A DNA stretch of 64,000 nt, from positions 15,038,684 to 15,102,683 of the forward strand of contig OZ316896.1 in NCBI GenBank assembly GCA_973895155.1. The letters run 5' to 3'. Within the stretch, counting starts at the first letter, position 1, and each line of letters begins with the position of its first letter. The translations under genes and the position numbers were made by a program. The stretch is from Marsupella aquatica (taxonomy: Eukaryota; Plantae; Marchantiophyta). Shown here piece by piece: positions 1 to 11,651 of the stretch. The notes under the pieces were generated by a model. It was not told the DNA's origin. It ran no database searches and worked only from the letters and a program-made list of their open reading frames with translations.

Positions 1-821
1 TGAAGGATTATGTTAGACGTGGTGGGTTTTCCTCATTGTTCCGTGCACTGACATAATTTACGATAATTTTGTTTGTAAAATTGATTTAAGAAGTTGGGAA
101 ACTGGCTAATAAATCTTCGAACTCCATTTGTTGCGAAGTTTGTCTACCTGCGTTTCCTCCGGACGAAGCCTTGGAACAAGCTTCAGTGTGCAGAATGGCA
201 CTCTGATCTTAAAATATGACAAGAAAACCTCCTGGGTTTCTGCAAATTCGAAGTCCGTGGACGTAAACTCGTTGTACTTTACACATGACCGGACTTTTCA
301 ACATATTGAACCTCAAGCTATTCCAAACTAATCTTCTCCTTCTGCGATCAATGAACTTCTTCGCCTAAATAAGGTGGTAAAACAAGTCACGCCGAGAACT
401 TAGAATGAAGACGATACGAACCTAGAAAGGCTATCACGAAATTGCGTAGATTAATAAGCTCTCCAATTTAAAGTTTCTTACTTCCCCGAATTCTGTTCGC
501 CAGATAATATAGAAGGTGTTACGTCCAAATCCACGCCACGCCAAAAAGATTGCGATGGATATCCTTCACGTTTCATTTGCTCTTATTGCTGATTTCCAGC
601 TGAGTAAAAACAACTCATTTCAAACGCGTACAAAATTTTGACTGCAACAACGTTTCCAATATAGCTACAAGAGAAGAAACCTTGATGCAGATCCAGCTAA
701 ACATAAATGTGTTCTTGTACGGATGCCCACTGCGTACTGAGTGAAGGAGGGAACACCTCTCCAGTAACGGATTCCTAATGTTTACGTCAACCTTTAAAAT
801 CCAACAATTGTAGGACTCGGC

Positions 822-3800
822 TTAATCTAGGTGCCACAACCCAAAAATGTTGTGAGTTTTACTCAGCAGAAAATATCCATCCCAACCCCACGGATTTACT
901 TCTGGACTCAGAAGGTAAAAACCATATGCAGCGGCAGAGCACACAGCAATAGTACCAGCTGCAGCAGCACACGCAGAGAAGCGAGATGTCTTCCTTAGCA
1001 ATGACTTCGTTACCGATTCAGCTGCCTTCAATTCTGACACGAGCTCTTTGTCTCCTTCTGCATCTTTCAAGGCGTTCCGATGCTGGAAATAGAAAAAGCG
1101 AGTGTTAATAGCATACTCAGCAAACAAGACCAGGAGAAGAGACACTTGAACCAAGAACAGAACAGTAGGAGTGACGCAGGTAGGAAGTTGAAGTTGAACA
1201 CTTAACACGCTCATTGATTCAAAACGAAGGGCCCAAATAGACAAGATCTTGAGTATATTGGTACCTTCAGTGATAAAGCTTGCAAAGTATGTTTGAAGTC
1301 ATCTAGCGGCATCAACCGCGTAGCATTCTCTTTCCAATCGCTGTTGATACGGTTCAAAATCCGAGTACTTGCTTTGAGATTTTCCAGATGCAATTTCTCC
1401 TGAGCAGGTCAACAAGTTTTTTAGTGTTTTCTTTTTGTTAAGAACATTGACATGAATTGCTGAAAAACTTCCAGCTATGAAAAGCACCTGGTTTAGTTAG
1501 AGTAGACCAAACTCAAACCACATAAACAATGTCCAAAATAGGCACGAGGAAACTTACCCACTGCTTGTAGCAATCAGAGTTCTGAGCCAAAGACCACACA
1601 AACCAGCTGATGGCCTCTTGCTGCAGAGCATCATTATCTACAGCACCGAAAAATGTGAGTGACGGATAGGTCTCCAAACTGACACAATACCAGAAGAAAG
1701 AAACCTCTGTACCTCTTGAAAAGACAACCGCGCGAAGTCACAACACTAAAGCAAATACAAGTTCTACATCGCAACTTCAATGCATCAACTCTTCTTTTGA
1801 GAGAGACACCGTAAATTTTGCATAGAAATTAGAAAATTCAGACGCGCTATTTGGTTGATGGTCACCCCGACTAAATATCCTGTACCTTCGGCAGCAATTG
1901 TGAGACTCAGTGGTAGAAGCTGCGGAGCAACAGGTTTTGTCGCTTTACTTCTTAAGGACCCCGCCAGAGCCAATTCCTTCAGAAGAGGATATATTGCTTG
2001 GAATCTTTCTGTGGCCTGCACAAAGGGAGACATCTCCGATTCAACGCTATGGCAAACTCTCAACTCACAGATGGACTGAGAGTAAAAAAACAAAGACAAA
2101 AAAGAAGTGCCGCCATATCAGGTAGGGTAGACAGAAGGGGAAAGCTCGAGTCCCCTGAGGATTAAGTTTACAAAAGATCCTGTGGTAGGAGTGAATCAAC
2201 CGCACTTTCAAGACCGTCACTGATATAGGAGGGTCTGCCTCTAATAGAATCTCCGTTTCCCAATTGAAGGAGTCTGGTTCGTAAGAAAATGAGCGGCGTT
2301 AATACTTCTTCAGTCTCAATCCCTTACAGTTTTTCAATTAAATGGAATAATTACCTTAGTTTTTGCTGACTCACTGGGGAAAGTGGCCTTCAATAACGTC
2401 TCCAAAGCTGTTGGAGGAACAAGCCGCTCTCCTTTCCTTGTAGCCCCGTTTAAGAGAATCGTCCGCGATTTCCTTGTGTTGGTAAGAATGACACTGCACA
2501 AAACAGGAAAACGAAAATAGCGTCTTGAGGACGACCAAAAACAACAATCGCAAGAAACCTTCAATCTGAAACTCATTTCTCCAAGTGCACGCAGAGCTCC
2601 ATATCATCGGCAACAGTAGCGCTTGAAGCCAACTTACTTCTCAACGAACTGCAAGGCGATATCTCGTGAAACAGGGTTGCTAGCCTTCCCAACAGCTAAA
2701 GGAAGTAGATTTTGAATCCACAAAGCCATCCCAGCAACCAGATCCCCTTGTGCAGCCTGAGAAACGTGGAGTACTTCGTAAGAACATCAAAGGAGAATTT
2801 AATCAACTTCAAAACCTCGAAAAACTGACCGTAATGAGAGGTAACCATATCCTTTGTGATAGTTTCTGCGAAACTTCCATTTATTAAAGTTCTACCAAGA
2901 GGAAAGGATGATATACGAGATTTAACTTCAAAAATGCCAATCGTGTTGTGCATGCAAATAATAGGGGGAGCAAGTGTCAACCTGGCCATATGCCCAAGCT
3001 AGGGTGTGAAGCTTTTCTGGACCCTGGAATTGTTGCCGGACAGAGGCAGCTTGCAGCACAAGTGCTTCAGGCTTCTTCCTCAGCAGCATAGCCAACACCA
3101 CTAGGAGACCAACCTACAACATGTATAGATGAAAACACGTTGGTCAACATCTCCAGGGTTTTTAATTGCGCTCTCTAAAATAAATTGCACGATCACCCCA
3201 TAAAACATTCTTTTTATGTCTGGAGAGATGCGCAAGCTTAGGTAAGTAGCAGGAATTGAAGCACAGAGTGAATGAATTTTGGTAGTCCATAGAACCCCCT
3301 ACTTAAGGACAGGAACAGGCAGAAATTTACCTTCAGCTTAGCCGGAGATGACCCTGCTCCCTTCTTCTGCTGTGGTTCTTCGAGGATTTGGTTCAACAGC
3401 CAGACTGCGAACCTCGAGAGCGCATCAATTGGCCTTTGAGAGAGCCAATCAGAAGTCGTTTTCACCAAGGGCTCCGGGAGATAGCTGTAAGGAATCTGTA
3501 AACAATAGATACCCAACAAATCCTCCATCAGAAAGGCAAGCCAAGACGTGTCGATCATAGAGAATAATTTGCAAGAACAAAACCGCAATACTCAATGCCA
3601 TCAACAACGCATTTTTCACCATTCTCGACGTTTGATGGTTGCCCGGGCCAAACGGACGCGTCAAATATCTTAAGTCTTAGGTCTCATGAGTATTTCTGAA
3701 AAGAAGATGATATTACGAGCTTAATAAAACTCTCAACTGTCTTCGAGACAACATGACCACATCAGGGGCTTCATTATATGTCCAGAGAAAGGGAGAATAA

Positions 3801-5141
3801 ACCTCAATGATCTTCGAAACAGGCGACTCTCGCAGTATCTTGTTCCACGGGAATTTTTCGTTCGTAACAGGCTTGAAAGCGTTGGCAAAGTAGTCGGCAC
3901 ATCTGATCAATAGTACGTCCGGCACAGCTTCGAACGACTCCTAGAATTCGCAATACAAGTTCAGAAATCCGTTCCATACATATTTTACTCAACATGTACA
4001 ATAGCAGGATGAGTAGATCGATATTGCGCTCAAGTGACGCAAATTGAGCAATAACATTCCTCTGACTATCCCAGAGACTAATAGAAATCACAGTTTGAAT
4101 ATCTGGCGACTATTGCATATGATGAAAAGTCCTCGATGACTAATTGACATGATGGAAATGTAATTACTCTACTACATGGTGACATACAATCACAATTCCA
4201 CGCAGTCAAAATCTGATGACCATTAAACACGATGATAAATGTGATGAACAGCTCGATACGACTAAAATTCACAGAAGACACCCCAAACCGACTCAAGGAC
4301 TTTCCCCATACGAAGAAAAATGCCTAGCTACAGTCAAAAAGATCTGAAGCACTCTATTCATCCACAATCTGCAAAAGAGACCTCCAAAGCTGTCCAGGAC
4401 TGTCCTGATATGAAGAATAATGGCAGATAGCAGATGCAAAATTCTGTTCACGCTTTGAAAGACAGCAATTGACGGAAAAACCTCCCATAAGCAAATCCCA
4501 CAGTCAATACAAGCTCTGCCTCAACAAAATTGTGAGAGAGATTCCCAACCCCCAAAAAAATGCCACAACTTGATTGCCCTACATACCAAAATTTCAGAAA
4601 GAAAAGTTGCAAGATCTGCAATATCAATCGCCGCAGCTGCCTCAGGGACAGACACCTTCGACTTCTTAGCTTTCTTCACTTTCGTTTTCTTGGAGTCTAA
4701 GCCGTTGGTGATCGAGGCACCCACTTTAACCCTATCGTCTCCATCACTATCTTCTTCTTCACCCGAATGAGAAAGGTCTTCGCCAGCCTCAGCAGCCGCT
4801 GCAGCCAACGCCTCCTGCCTCGCTTTGCGTCGCGCCCTCCGTTCCGCAGCCTCACTCTCAAGCGCTTGGAACGCTTTGGAATCCGAGCTGCCACTACTCT
4901 TCTTACTATTACCACTATCGGCTCCCACTACATCCGCCTGTGCCCCTCCTGCCGTCAATTTGGCTGCCAGCCATCTCTGCTTCTTCGCATTTGTAACCTT
5001 CTGCCATCCGTGGTCTTTGCTAGCTGCTGCAGAGGCGCCCCCTCCCCCGCTCGTGGAAACCCCCCCGCCATTCTCACTACTCACTCCAGGTGTCGATGTA
5101 GCTCCCCCGTTGCTGCCATCTATCTCATAGGCTTCTGACAT
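822..5141 (-). CDS. Transmembrane protein 214-like (DUF2359) gene, ~10 coding exons
   Basis: Exon 1 5141-4587 (DHGWQKVT...KVSVPEAAAAIDIADLATFL, donor TTG|GTATGT). Further GT-AG exons read ESFEAVPDVLLIRCADYF, IPYSYLPE, VGLLVVLAMLLRKKPEAL, AAQGDLVAGMALW, LNGATRKGERLVPP, ATERFQAIYPLLKELAL, QEAISWFVWSLAQNSDCYKQW and EKLHLENLKAS. The last exon carries a C-terminal hydrophobic helix and the stop at 822-824. These motifs match the plant TMEM214/DUF2359 family as recalled. Confidence 0.88.
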
Positions 5142-5149
5142 TACTTCCT

Positions 5150-5166
5150 ATCTCTCTCTCTCTCTC

Positions 5167-5208
<42 letters not shown>
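5150..5208. repeat. (CT/GA)n microsatellite immediately 5' of the TMEM214-like start codon
   Basis: Direct reading: an interrupted (CT)n run, read as (GA)n on the coding strand, about 10 nt from the ATG. (AACAC)n and (AAACC)n runs occur at ~5430-5550 and ~5740-5775. Confidence 0.95.
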
Positions 5209-5211
<3 letters not shown>

Positions 5212-6039
5212 GCCGAAAAAGTGGCGTTTCTCCTTCTAGAAAGGTCCCTTTCGCAAATTCAACCAGCTGCTGCGTGCTTGCTCGGATCAATCGTACGCAG
5301 GCGGTCCAGATCCACAGAGCGGCAGCGGCAACAGTACCAGAAACTCCTGCGAACGGATCCCCTCTCGATCAGACGAGCAGCTCTAGCGCCTCAGGAGGAA
5401 GCAATTCTCCGGCAGGGCAAAGATCCAATCCAAACCAAACCAAACCAAACGAACCTCGCAAGAAAGAAGAATTCGGTGGGGTCGGCTGCGACGGAATGAG
5501 ATGCGATGAGCGAGAGAGAACACAACACAACACAACACAACACAACAGAGTAGAACAGGACAGAACGAGTTCGATCAAACAGGACGAGCGGAAAGCGGAT
5601 CGCCCGTTCACATACCTTCAAATCAACGTGCGTTGCGCAAGGAGGAAAAGGAACTCGAGGACGGGACCAGAGCGACAGAGATCCTCACTATTCTCCACTC
5701 CAGTAGTACTCTCTCTCTCTCACTCACTCACTGTACAGCACAAAACACAACACAGCACAACACACAACACAACAATGACAAAGAATTACTGCTCAGAACG
5801 TGGTCATGTCCTCATCGATCGGTGGAGCCAGTCGGCTTCTTCGATGGATCGTCGTGTGATGGTGCCTGGGATGATTTGAGTGGCGACTCACGAATAAACG
5901 AGTCACGCACATTATTATTATTGAAGACTCTCGTGCTCCTTCTCCCTTCCTTTTTTTCAAAGGGGCTGCTGTTCCCAACTTCCACAGTGTTAGTGCTTGA
6001 ATAATAAGTAAGGGGTCCCTGAATGGTAGAGCCGTGGAG

Positions 6040-6782
6040 CGTGACCTGTCACCCGGTCACCCGTTGCCTCGGCCGGTTGGTTGGGTTGGGTTGGGTTGGT
6101 CGGTCAATGACTCACGCTCACGCGGACCCTCCTTTGGGACGCTTGACACTGCTTTACAGTGTAATCTATGCAGTTCAAGACTTCTGGTGTTCCATTATGA
6201 TAAATGTTGTCCACCTGATATGGTCACCGGGTCTCGGTAACTGCACATCAAAATATGACATATACAGTCTCGGTAACTGCACATCAAAATATGACATATA
6301 CTATGTACGGCACCCCTGCATACCGTGATAATCCTAGTTTTTTTCTTTCAATCAATGAATGCAGCCACATTTTGATGTGTGATTACCAGCAGGGATCGTC
6401 ACCTGGTGGCCCCGCTGGTGGCTCGGCCGGTTGGTTGGTCTGTCAGTCGATGACTCATGCTCATGCGGACCCTGCTTTGGGATGCTTGATACTGCTTTAC
6501 AGTGTAATGTATGCAGTTCAAGACTACTGGTGTTCCATTATGAGATTTTTTTTGACCTGATATGGTCACCAGTCACCTGGTGACTCGGCCGGTTGGTCGG
6601 TCGGTCAGTCGCTCGATGACTCATGTTCATGCGGACCCTCCTTTGGTATGTTTGATTCTGCTTTACAGTGTAATGTATACACTTCAGGGATACTGGTGTT
6701 CCATTATGAGGTGTAATGTATACAGTTTAGGGGGCTACTGGTGCTCCATTATGAGGTGTTTTGTCTATCTTATATGGTCGAC
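6040..6782. repeat. Three diverged ~170-210 bp direct repeats plus an internal 35-bp tandem duplication
   Basis: The core CTCGGCCGGTTGG...TGACTCAYGYTCAYGCGGACCCT...TGCTTTACAGTGTAAT...CTGGTGTTCCATTATGA...TATGGTC recurs at ~6068, ~6422 and ~6584. GTCTCGGTAACTGCACATCAAAATATGACATATAC occurs twice at ~6232-6301. Confidence 0.9.
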
Positions 6783-6785
6783 TAG

Positions 6786-7029
6786 GCTTGATAGGACCCT
6801 AAAATGAAAAGTGTTACTTGATAGTACCCCTGAATTCTTGGGTAAATTAAGTCAAGGTCAATCAAGGGTCTCACAAGTCAAGGGTCCGGGTGAGCATGAG
6901 TCTTGAACACTTTTCATGAACACTTTTCATTTTGGGGTCCCATCAAGCAAATACCAGTGTGGTTGAAAGGGTCTCTATTAGTCAGGGGTCCTATCAAGGA
7001 ACACTTTTCATTTTGCGGTCCCATCAAGC
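6786..7029. mobile_element. MITE/foldback-like element with 48-bp terminal inverted repeats
   Basis: 6786-6833 (GCTTGATAGGACCCTAAAATGAAAAGTGTTACTTGATAGTACCCCTGA) is the reverse complement of 6982-7029 at 43/48 positions. A partial third arm copy lies at ~6917-6950. No clear TSD. Confidence 0.7.
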
Positions 7030-7192
7030 AAATACCACTCTGGTTAACCCATAATTGAGAGACCGTATACAGGATACAAAATATGTCATAATGGAGTGAG
7101 CAGCTGCCCTTAGCTTCACATGAAGGTTGTCAGCCCAAATATAGTTACGCAACATGCAAAATCCATCTGTTGCATACCTTGTAATGTGCATT

Positions 7193-7770
7193 GGCCAAAA
7201 GGATATTATATAGATTCTTCACCACTCTCCAGTGGCCTTTGTCCCCTAGTTGCTTGGTTTTTGTTTAAATAAACAATTGGGTAAATAAAGCATTGATTTT
7301 GGACCTAAAATTGTAACCCTTTGTACATCTCACATCCCACTCACATCCATACATTATGCCTAGTCAAATATGTTATATTTTCCATGCAATAAAAAAGAAT
7401 AATAACAATAACCATGGGGCCCTCTGTTTCCCTGGGCACAAATATATCCCATAGATCCCATACCCTCGGCCCATACCTCCCATACCTCCCAGAGATCTCA
7501 TAGATTTGTGTGACAGGCTGGCTAGGAAAGTAGGAATTAGCTTGGGAATGGAGGGGGCTGCACTGCAATAATGCTTTAATACAGACTGAGGCTGTATGTT
7601 TGGAAGTAATGCTTCATTGTAGGGTAATGTTTCCAAGTAAAATTTACTGCATTGGTATGAATTGTAGTTAAACTTCAAAATTATGAATTACACGGCTTGT
7701 AGTATGTTCTCAAAACAAATGCTAACCAAACTTAAGAGCGGTGAAGAATCTATATAGTAGCCTTTTGGCC
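7193..7770. mobile_element. ~580-bp MITE-like element with 36-bp TIRs (GGCCAAAAGG...)
   Basis: GGCCAAAAGGATATTATATAGATTCTTCACCACTCT (from 7193) matches the reverse complement of 7735-7770 at 33/36 positions. The interior is non-coding and AT-rich. Confidence 0.7.
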
Positions 7771-9505
7771 ATGCAGAAGACCATATCAAGCACAAGCAAA
7801 ATGTCACATCACATTCCTGATTATCCAGATGCTTACACTGGACTGAATGCCTTTAGTAGTTTTGGCTCATAAGTTTCTGTAGTAGGGATTTTTTTTTCTT
7901 TGTAGTGGGTTTGCTACTCTAACTAGACAAAATAGTTGGAGTTTCTTACAAAACAAACATGTGCATAGAATAATAGAACTTAGAAAAGACAAATCACTAA
8001 ACTTGCTTAGTAAGAGAACGGAAAGCATGCAAACAAATCTTTGAGAATTCAAAAGAAAAGTAAAAAAAATAACAAGAAAAACAGTCAAGTAGGGTGGATG
8101 AATAGAAAATAAGAAGAACAATAAATGCGCCGCCTTGAAATTAATTAGAATAATTTGGCACGTGTAATTATGCAAGATAGGAGCACAGAGAAGCATGGCT
8201 ATGTGATGGCTCACTTGAGTAGTGACTTATAGGTCTTGGGTTCAAATGTTGTAATAATTAACTGTTCCCTTTCTGTGGGGTCTCACAGATTTCCCTTAAA
8301 TTTTCAACAAAAAAAAACAATATTATGCAAGATAGGCCTTACCAAGAGTAAACAAACCAAATTCAAAGTAAAATAACAAGAATCTACCTGAAAGAAGAAA
8401 ATATTTGCCCCAAGTTTGCTCTACACTACCAAAAATAATAATTTGGCTCAAGGTGACCTTGCTCAACAATGACCCTGCTTGCTGACTTTTCAATTTTTGG
8501 GGAGAAACAGGAAATCTCCAGCCTAAGTAATATTTATTAGTTGCAAGGCTAGTAGATGGACTACAATTTCGATTCCATTAAATGTGTAGACTCTGAAGAC
8601 TTCTACCAATTGTTACTTTCTCATCTGTTCAAAAATATTGTCCATGACTTCATCTGTGAAAAGATCCTCTTAATGTGCTTCCATTGAGTGACCATGTCTA
8701 AGTATACTTATTGGTAGTTAACTCTAATTTATTTTTCCAAATTACAAAGTACCCTTCAAATATAAAATTACATAAATACCCCTGCAATTTGAAACCCAGT
8801 CCCTTATAGGCCACGATGTTTGTCAACTAAGATACTAAGATGGACTGCCCAAACCTGCATGAACAATCTTGAAACATGAATGCTGTTTACTTATATAACA
8901 CATTTCTTTTGTATATATGCTCACAATGGGCTCACAAATTTGGATGTTAAAAATGTTTGGCCAATCAGAGTCCTTAGGTCAAGCGTAGTGGTCGGCCGCT
9001 ATCATAAACTTCCATGCAATACACTAAGCTGACATAAAGAAATGATGGTGCGGATCCATCGGGATACCCTTAAGTCCAATTGAAGACACCTCAGTGAAGG
9101 TGACCACCAGTGGATGCTAGTAGTAGTACCATGAGTAGCATAACCAATGGAGTTAACTAAGGGCAGAAAGTTATGGCCTGAGTAGATATTGGCGTGGATA
9201 CAGGTTGAGTTAGGGGCCAGAAATTGGGGAACCAACCTGATCCAAGGGTGCCAGATCCCAAGAAACATATAGGAGGGGAGTCCGATTGGGTTACTGTTGC
9301 CCATAAGAAGATTGATGCAAGCAAAACACTCACTAGTACCCACTGCCCCCAAAGCAACCATTGTCAATGACCAAGCATTACAATGCCTTCCTCAGACCAC
9401 TAGTAGGGAGGCGTAGGTTGCTTTGAACTTGAGGTGCACCTTTGTATGGGTGGTCCTGACGGGCCATTTTTCCAACAAGCTGGTGGTGCCTTTGTCATCG
9501 CCCAG

Positions 9506-9596
9506 GGACAACTCACCATATATAGTTTGAGAATGGCAAGTGATCTCAAGGACAACTCACCATATATAGTTTGAGAATGGCAAGTGATCTCAAGGA
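9506..9596. repeat. Perfect 44-bp tandem duplication
   Basis: GGACAACTCACCATATATAGTTTGAGAATGGCAAGTGATCTCAA at 9506-9549 and 9550-9593, followed by GGA. Confidence 0.95.
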
Positions 9597-11651
9597 GCTA
9601 GTGGATGGCTAACAAAGCAGGCGATTGGGGTACCAGAGGAGAAGGTCAGTAGTTGGACCTTGGGTTTGGGTTGGCGTGCTACAAATGAGGTACCGACTAG
9701 TGTGTGGGTTAGTCTGGTATGGTGACATGGTATTCCAACAAGGTGAAGATAAGGTGTCGCAATACTGAGGGGTATTGGGTTGCTCTATACTTGGTGGATA
9801 ACTTACCAGGCTCATTATCAGGCAGGTCCAGACAGGCCTTCTGAATACCTTCCCTGTACCATATTTATTCGGATTTATGTATCTGGTGCGTCTGGTGCGT
9901 TTTCCCTCTCTCTCCTCTCTCTCCTCCTTGTCAGACTGTTCCAATGGACATTTTGTCACATGAGCGTTCCCGAACAAATTTACTAGAGCAATATATCGGC
10001 CCCAAGCTTTTTTTATGTGCAATCATTCATCTTTTCTACGTCTCACACAACTACAGAGCGGGCTACACAGCACTGACCCTGATTCTTCATTGAGCCTCTC
10101 CAATCCTATCCATTTCATTATTTTGTGGCTGACCCCCTTTCTCCTGCACATTTTCATGAGCGCAGAGCTGGAGCTCCCACTACCAGCTTGTTTGCAGATC
10201 TTTCCGTTCGTCAAAAAATAGGATGGGCAATGATGTATTTTGTGAGTACTTCCCTGTAAAATGCTTGTAGTCTAGAGCAGGTCAAGCTATGATGCCTGAT
10301 TTCATGAGCTATTCCTGTGAATTCGCAAGGCATTATTGCATCCCTTACGACGTGTTCAAAGCGTGAGTGAGGATAGAAACAAAACTCTCGTATTGAGCTT
10401 ACTTGCCCACAATTGATGGCATCTTTTAATTCACCAATCTAAATGTACAGGAAGATTCAAATAGAGGACGTCCTCATTTCAAACCCACAACAAGTAGTTC
10501 AGACAACCATGCTCTTTAACTCGCTGATACATTCAAGCACAGCACCTTGATTGCTACTTGCCAGGATTTCAGAATATCTACGTGGTTGAGCAGTATTCCT
10601 TGGCACGCTAGCCCAGGCCCTCTAGAAATCCACAAGCAGTAGGAAAGAGAATTTTACCCTTAACTTTGCTGACTCTTCCAACAGTACACAAAGGGTCGGC
10701 AATCCAATGTGTTAACGACTTTTCTGGAACCTGCCAGTCCTCAGGCATTGATATGTTGTCCTCTGCCCGACAACATATGCCGACCCTTCATTATTTTCAC
10801 CAACAAAAATCCAACACAACAGACTTAGCAGTATTATAAGACAGAAAGAGTACCCACAGAAATAGCTCTTTAACTTCGAAACACACCTTATGCTGTCTGC
10901 AACCTTGTACTTAATACAAATCCATCTGCAGCTTCCCCGTCCTTGTTGTCCACATGATTACCTGAGGCCTTGATCAATGTCAGTAGTGAGATAACTACAA
11001 GAGCACTGAATTTGATGGCTTTCTGGCTGCACACCTTAAATCCTTATTCAGCAACTGACTTCCGGGTAGTTTCTGAGTGGTAATGTGCAACAAAAGAAAT
11101 CATAGAAGTTAACAAATTGAGAGATGACAGACAAAGGATTTCAAAATTCACACTAGGAGATTAAACCGTCTTCTAAATCGATAACTCTAGAGCTTGACTC
11201 CCATGAGCAAACTTGAGTTCTGCGCTCCAAATAACACATTTGAGTTTTTTTTTTCCATGAAAATATATTGCGCTCATGAAGCTTGGACCTCTATTAAAGA
11301 AGTACTGCAACTAAGAACTAGTTCATCAAAATTTTACATAATTTAAATGACGGTGAATTTTGTTTCTCATATTTCGATATCATAAATAGGAGTGAAGCAA
11401 TCTTCTACTAATAGTTAAATAAGAAACCACTGTAACGATACAAATGGATCCTGCACCTGAAGTCATTTGTCTGAGCTTGAATTCATACCTTGATTGTCTA
11501 GCACTGCAACTGAGCATAGATCCAGGTCATAACGAAATCCAACGTCCCCAAATTGAGACCTGAGATTGTCCCTATTCGTCTCAGATTCCAAGCTTAGAAC
11601 GTTGTCCTTCTTGACACATCTTGGTGTCCGCCCTCTTCAATTTCTTGAGTG

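Noticed and set aside
5221-6004. Several 90-200 aa ORFs upstream of the TMEM214-like gene
   Set aside because: They are built from (AACAC)n, (AAACC)n and GA-rich microsatellites in a 5'-UTR/intron region and show no domain motifs.
6040-6782. Repeat-spacer-like appearance (CRISPR-like array)
   Set aside because: Units are ~190 bp, diverged and lack unique spacers. There are no cas genes and the context is eukaryotic.
8190-8250. Possible tRNA or tRNA-derived SINE (GGTTCAAAT box-B-like)
   Set aside because: No cloverleaf, convincing box A, tail or TSD could be built.
8990-10220. Possible decayed retroelement coding relic on the minus strand (LVIDNG, LLMGNS, IISLCQL, HVTKCPL)
   Set aside because: The motif hints are short, inconsistently spaced and compatible with chance. 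A translated HMM search would be needed to support a call.
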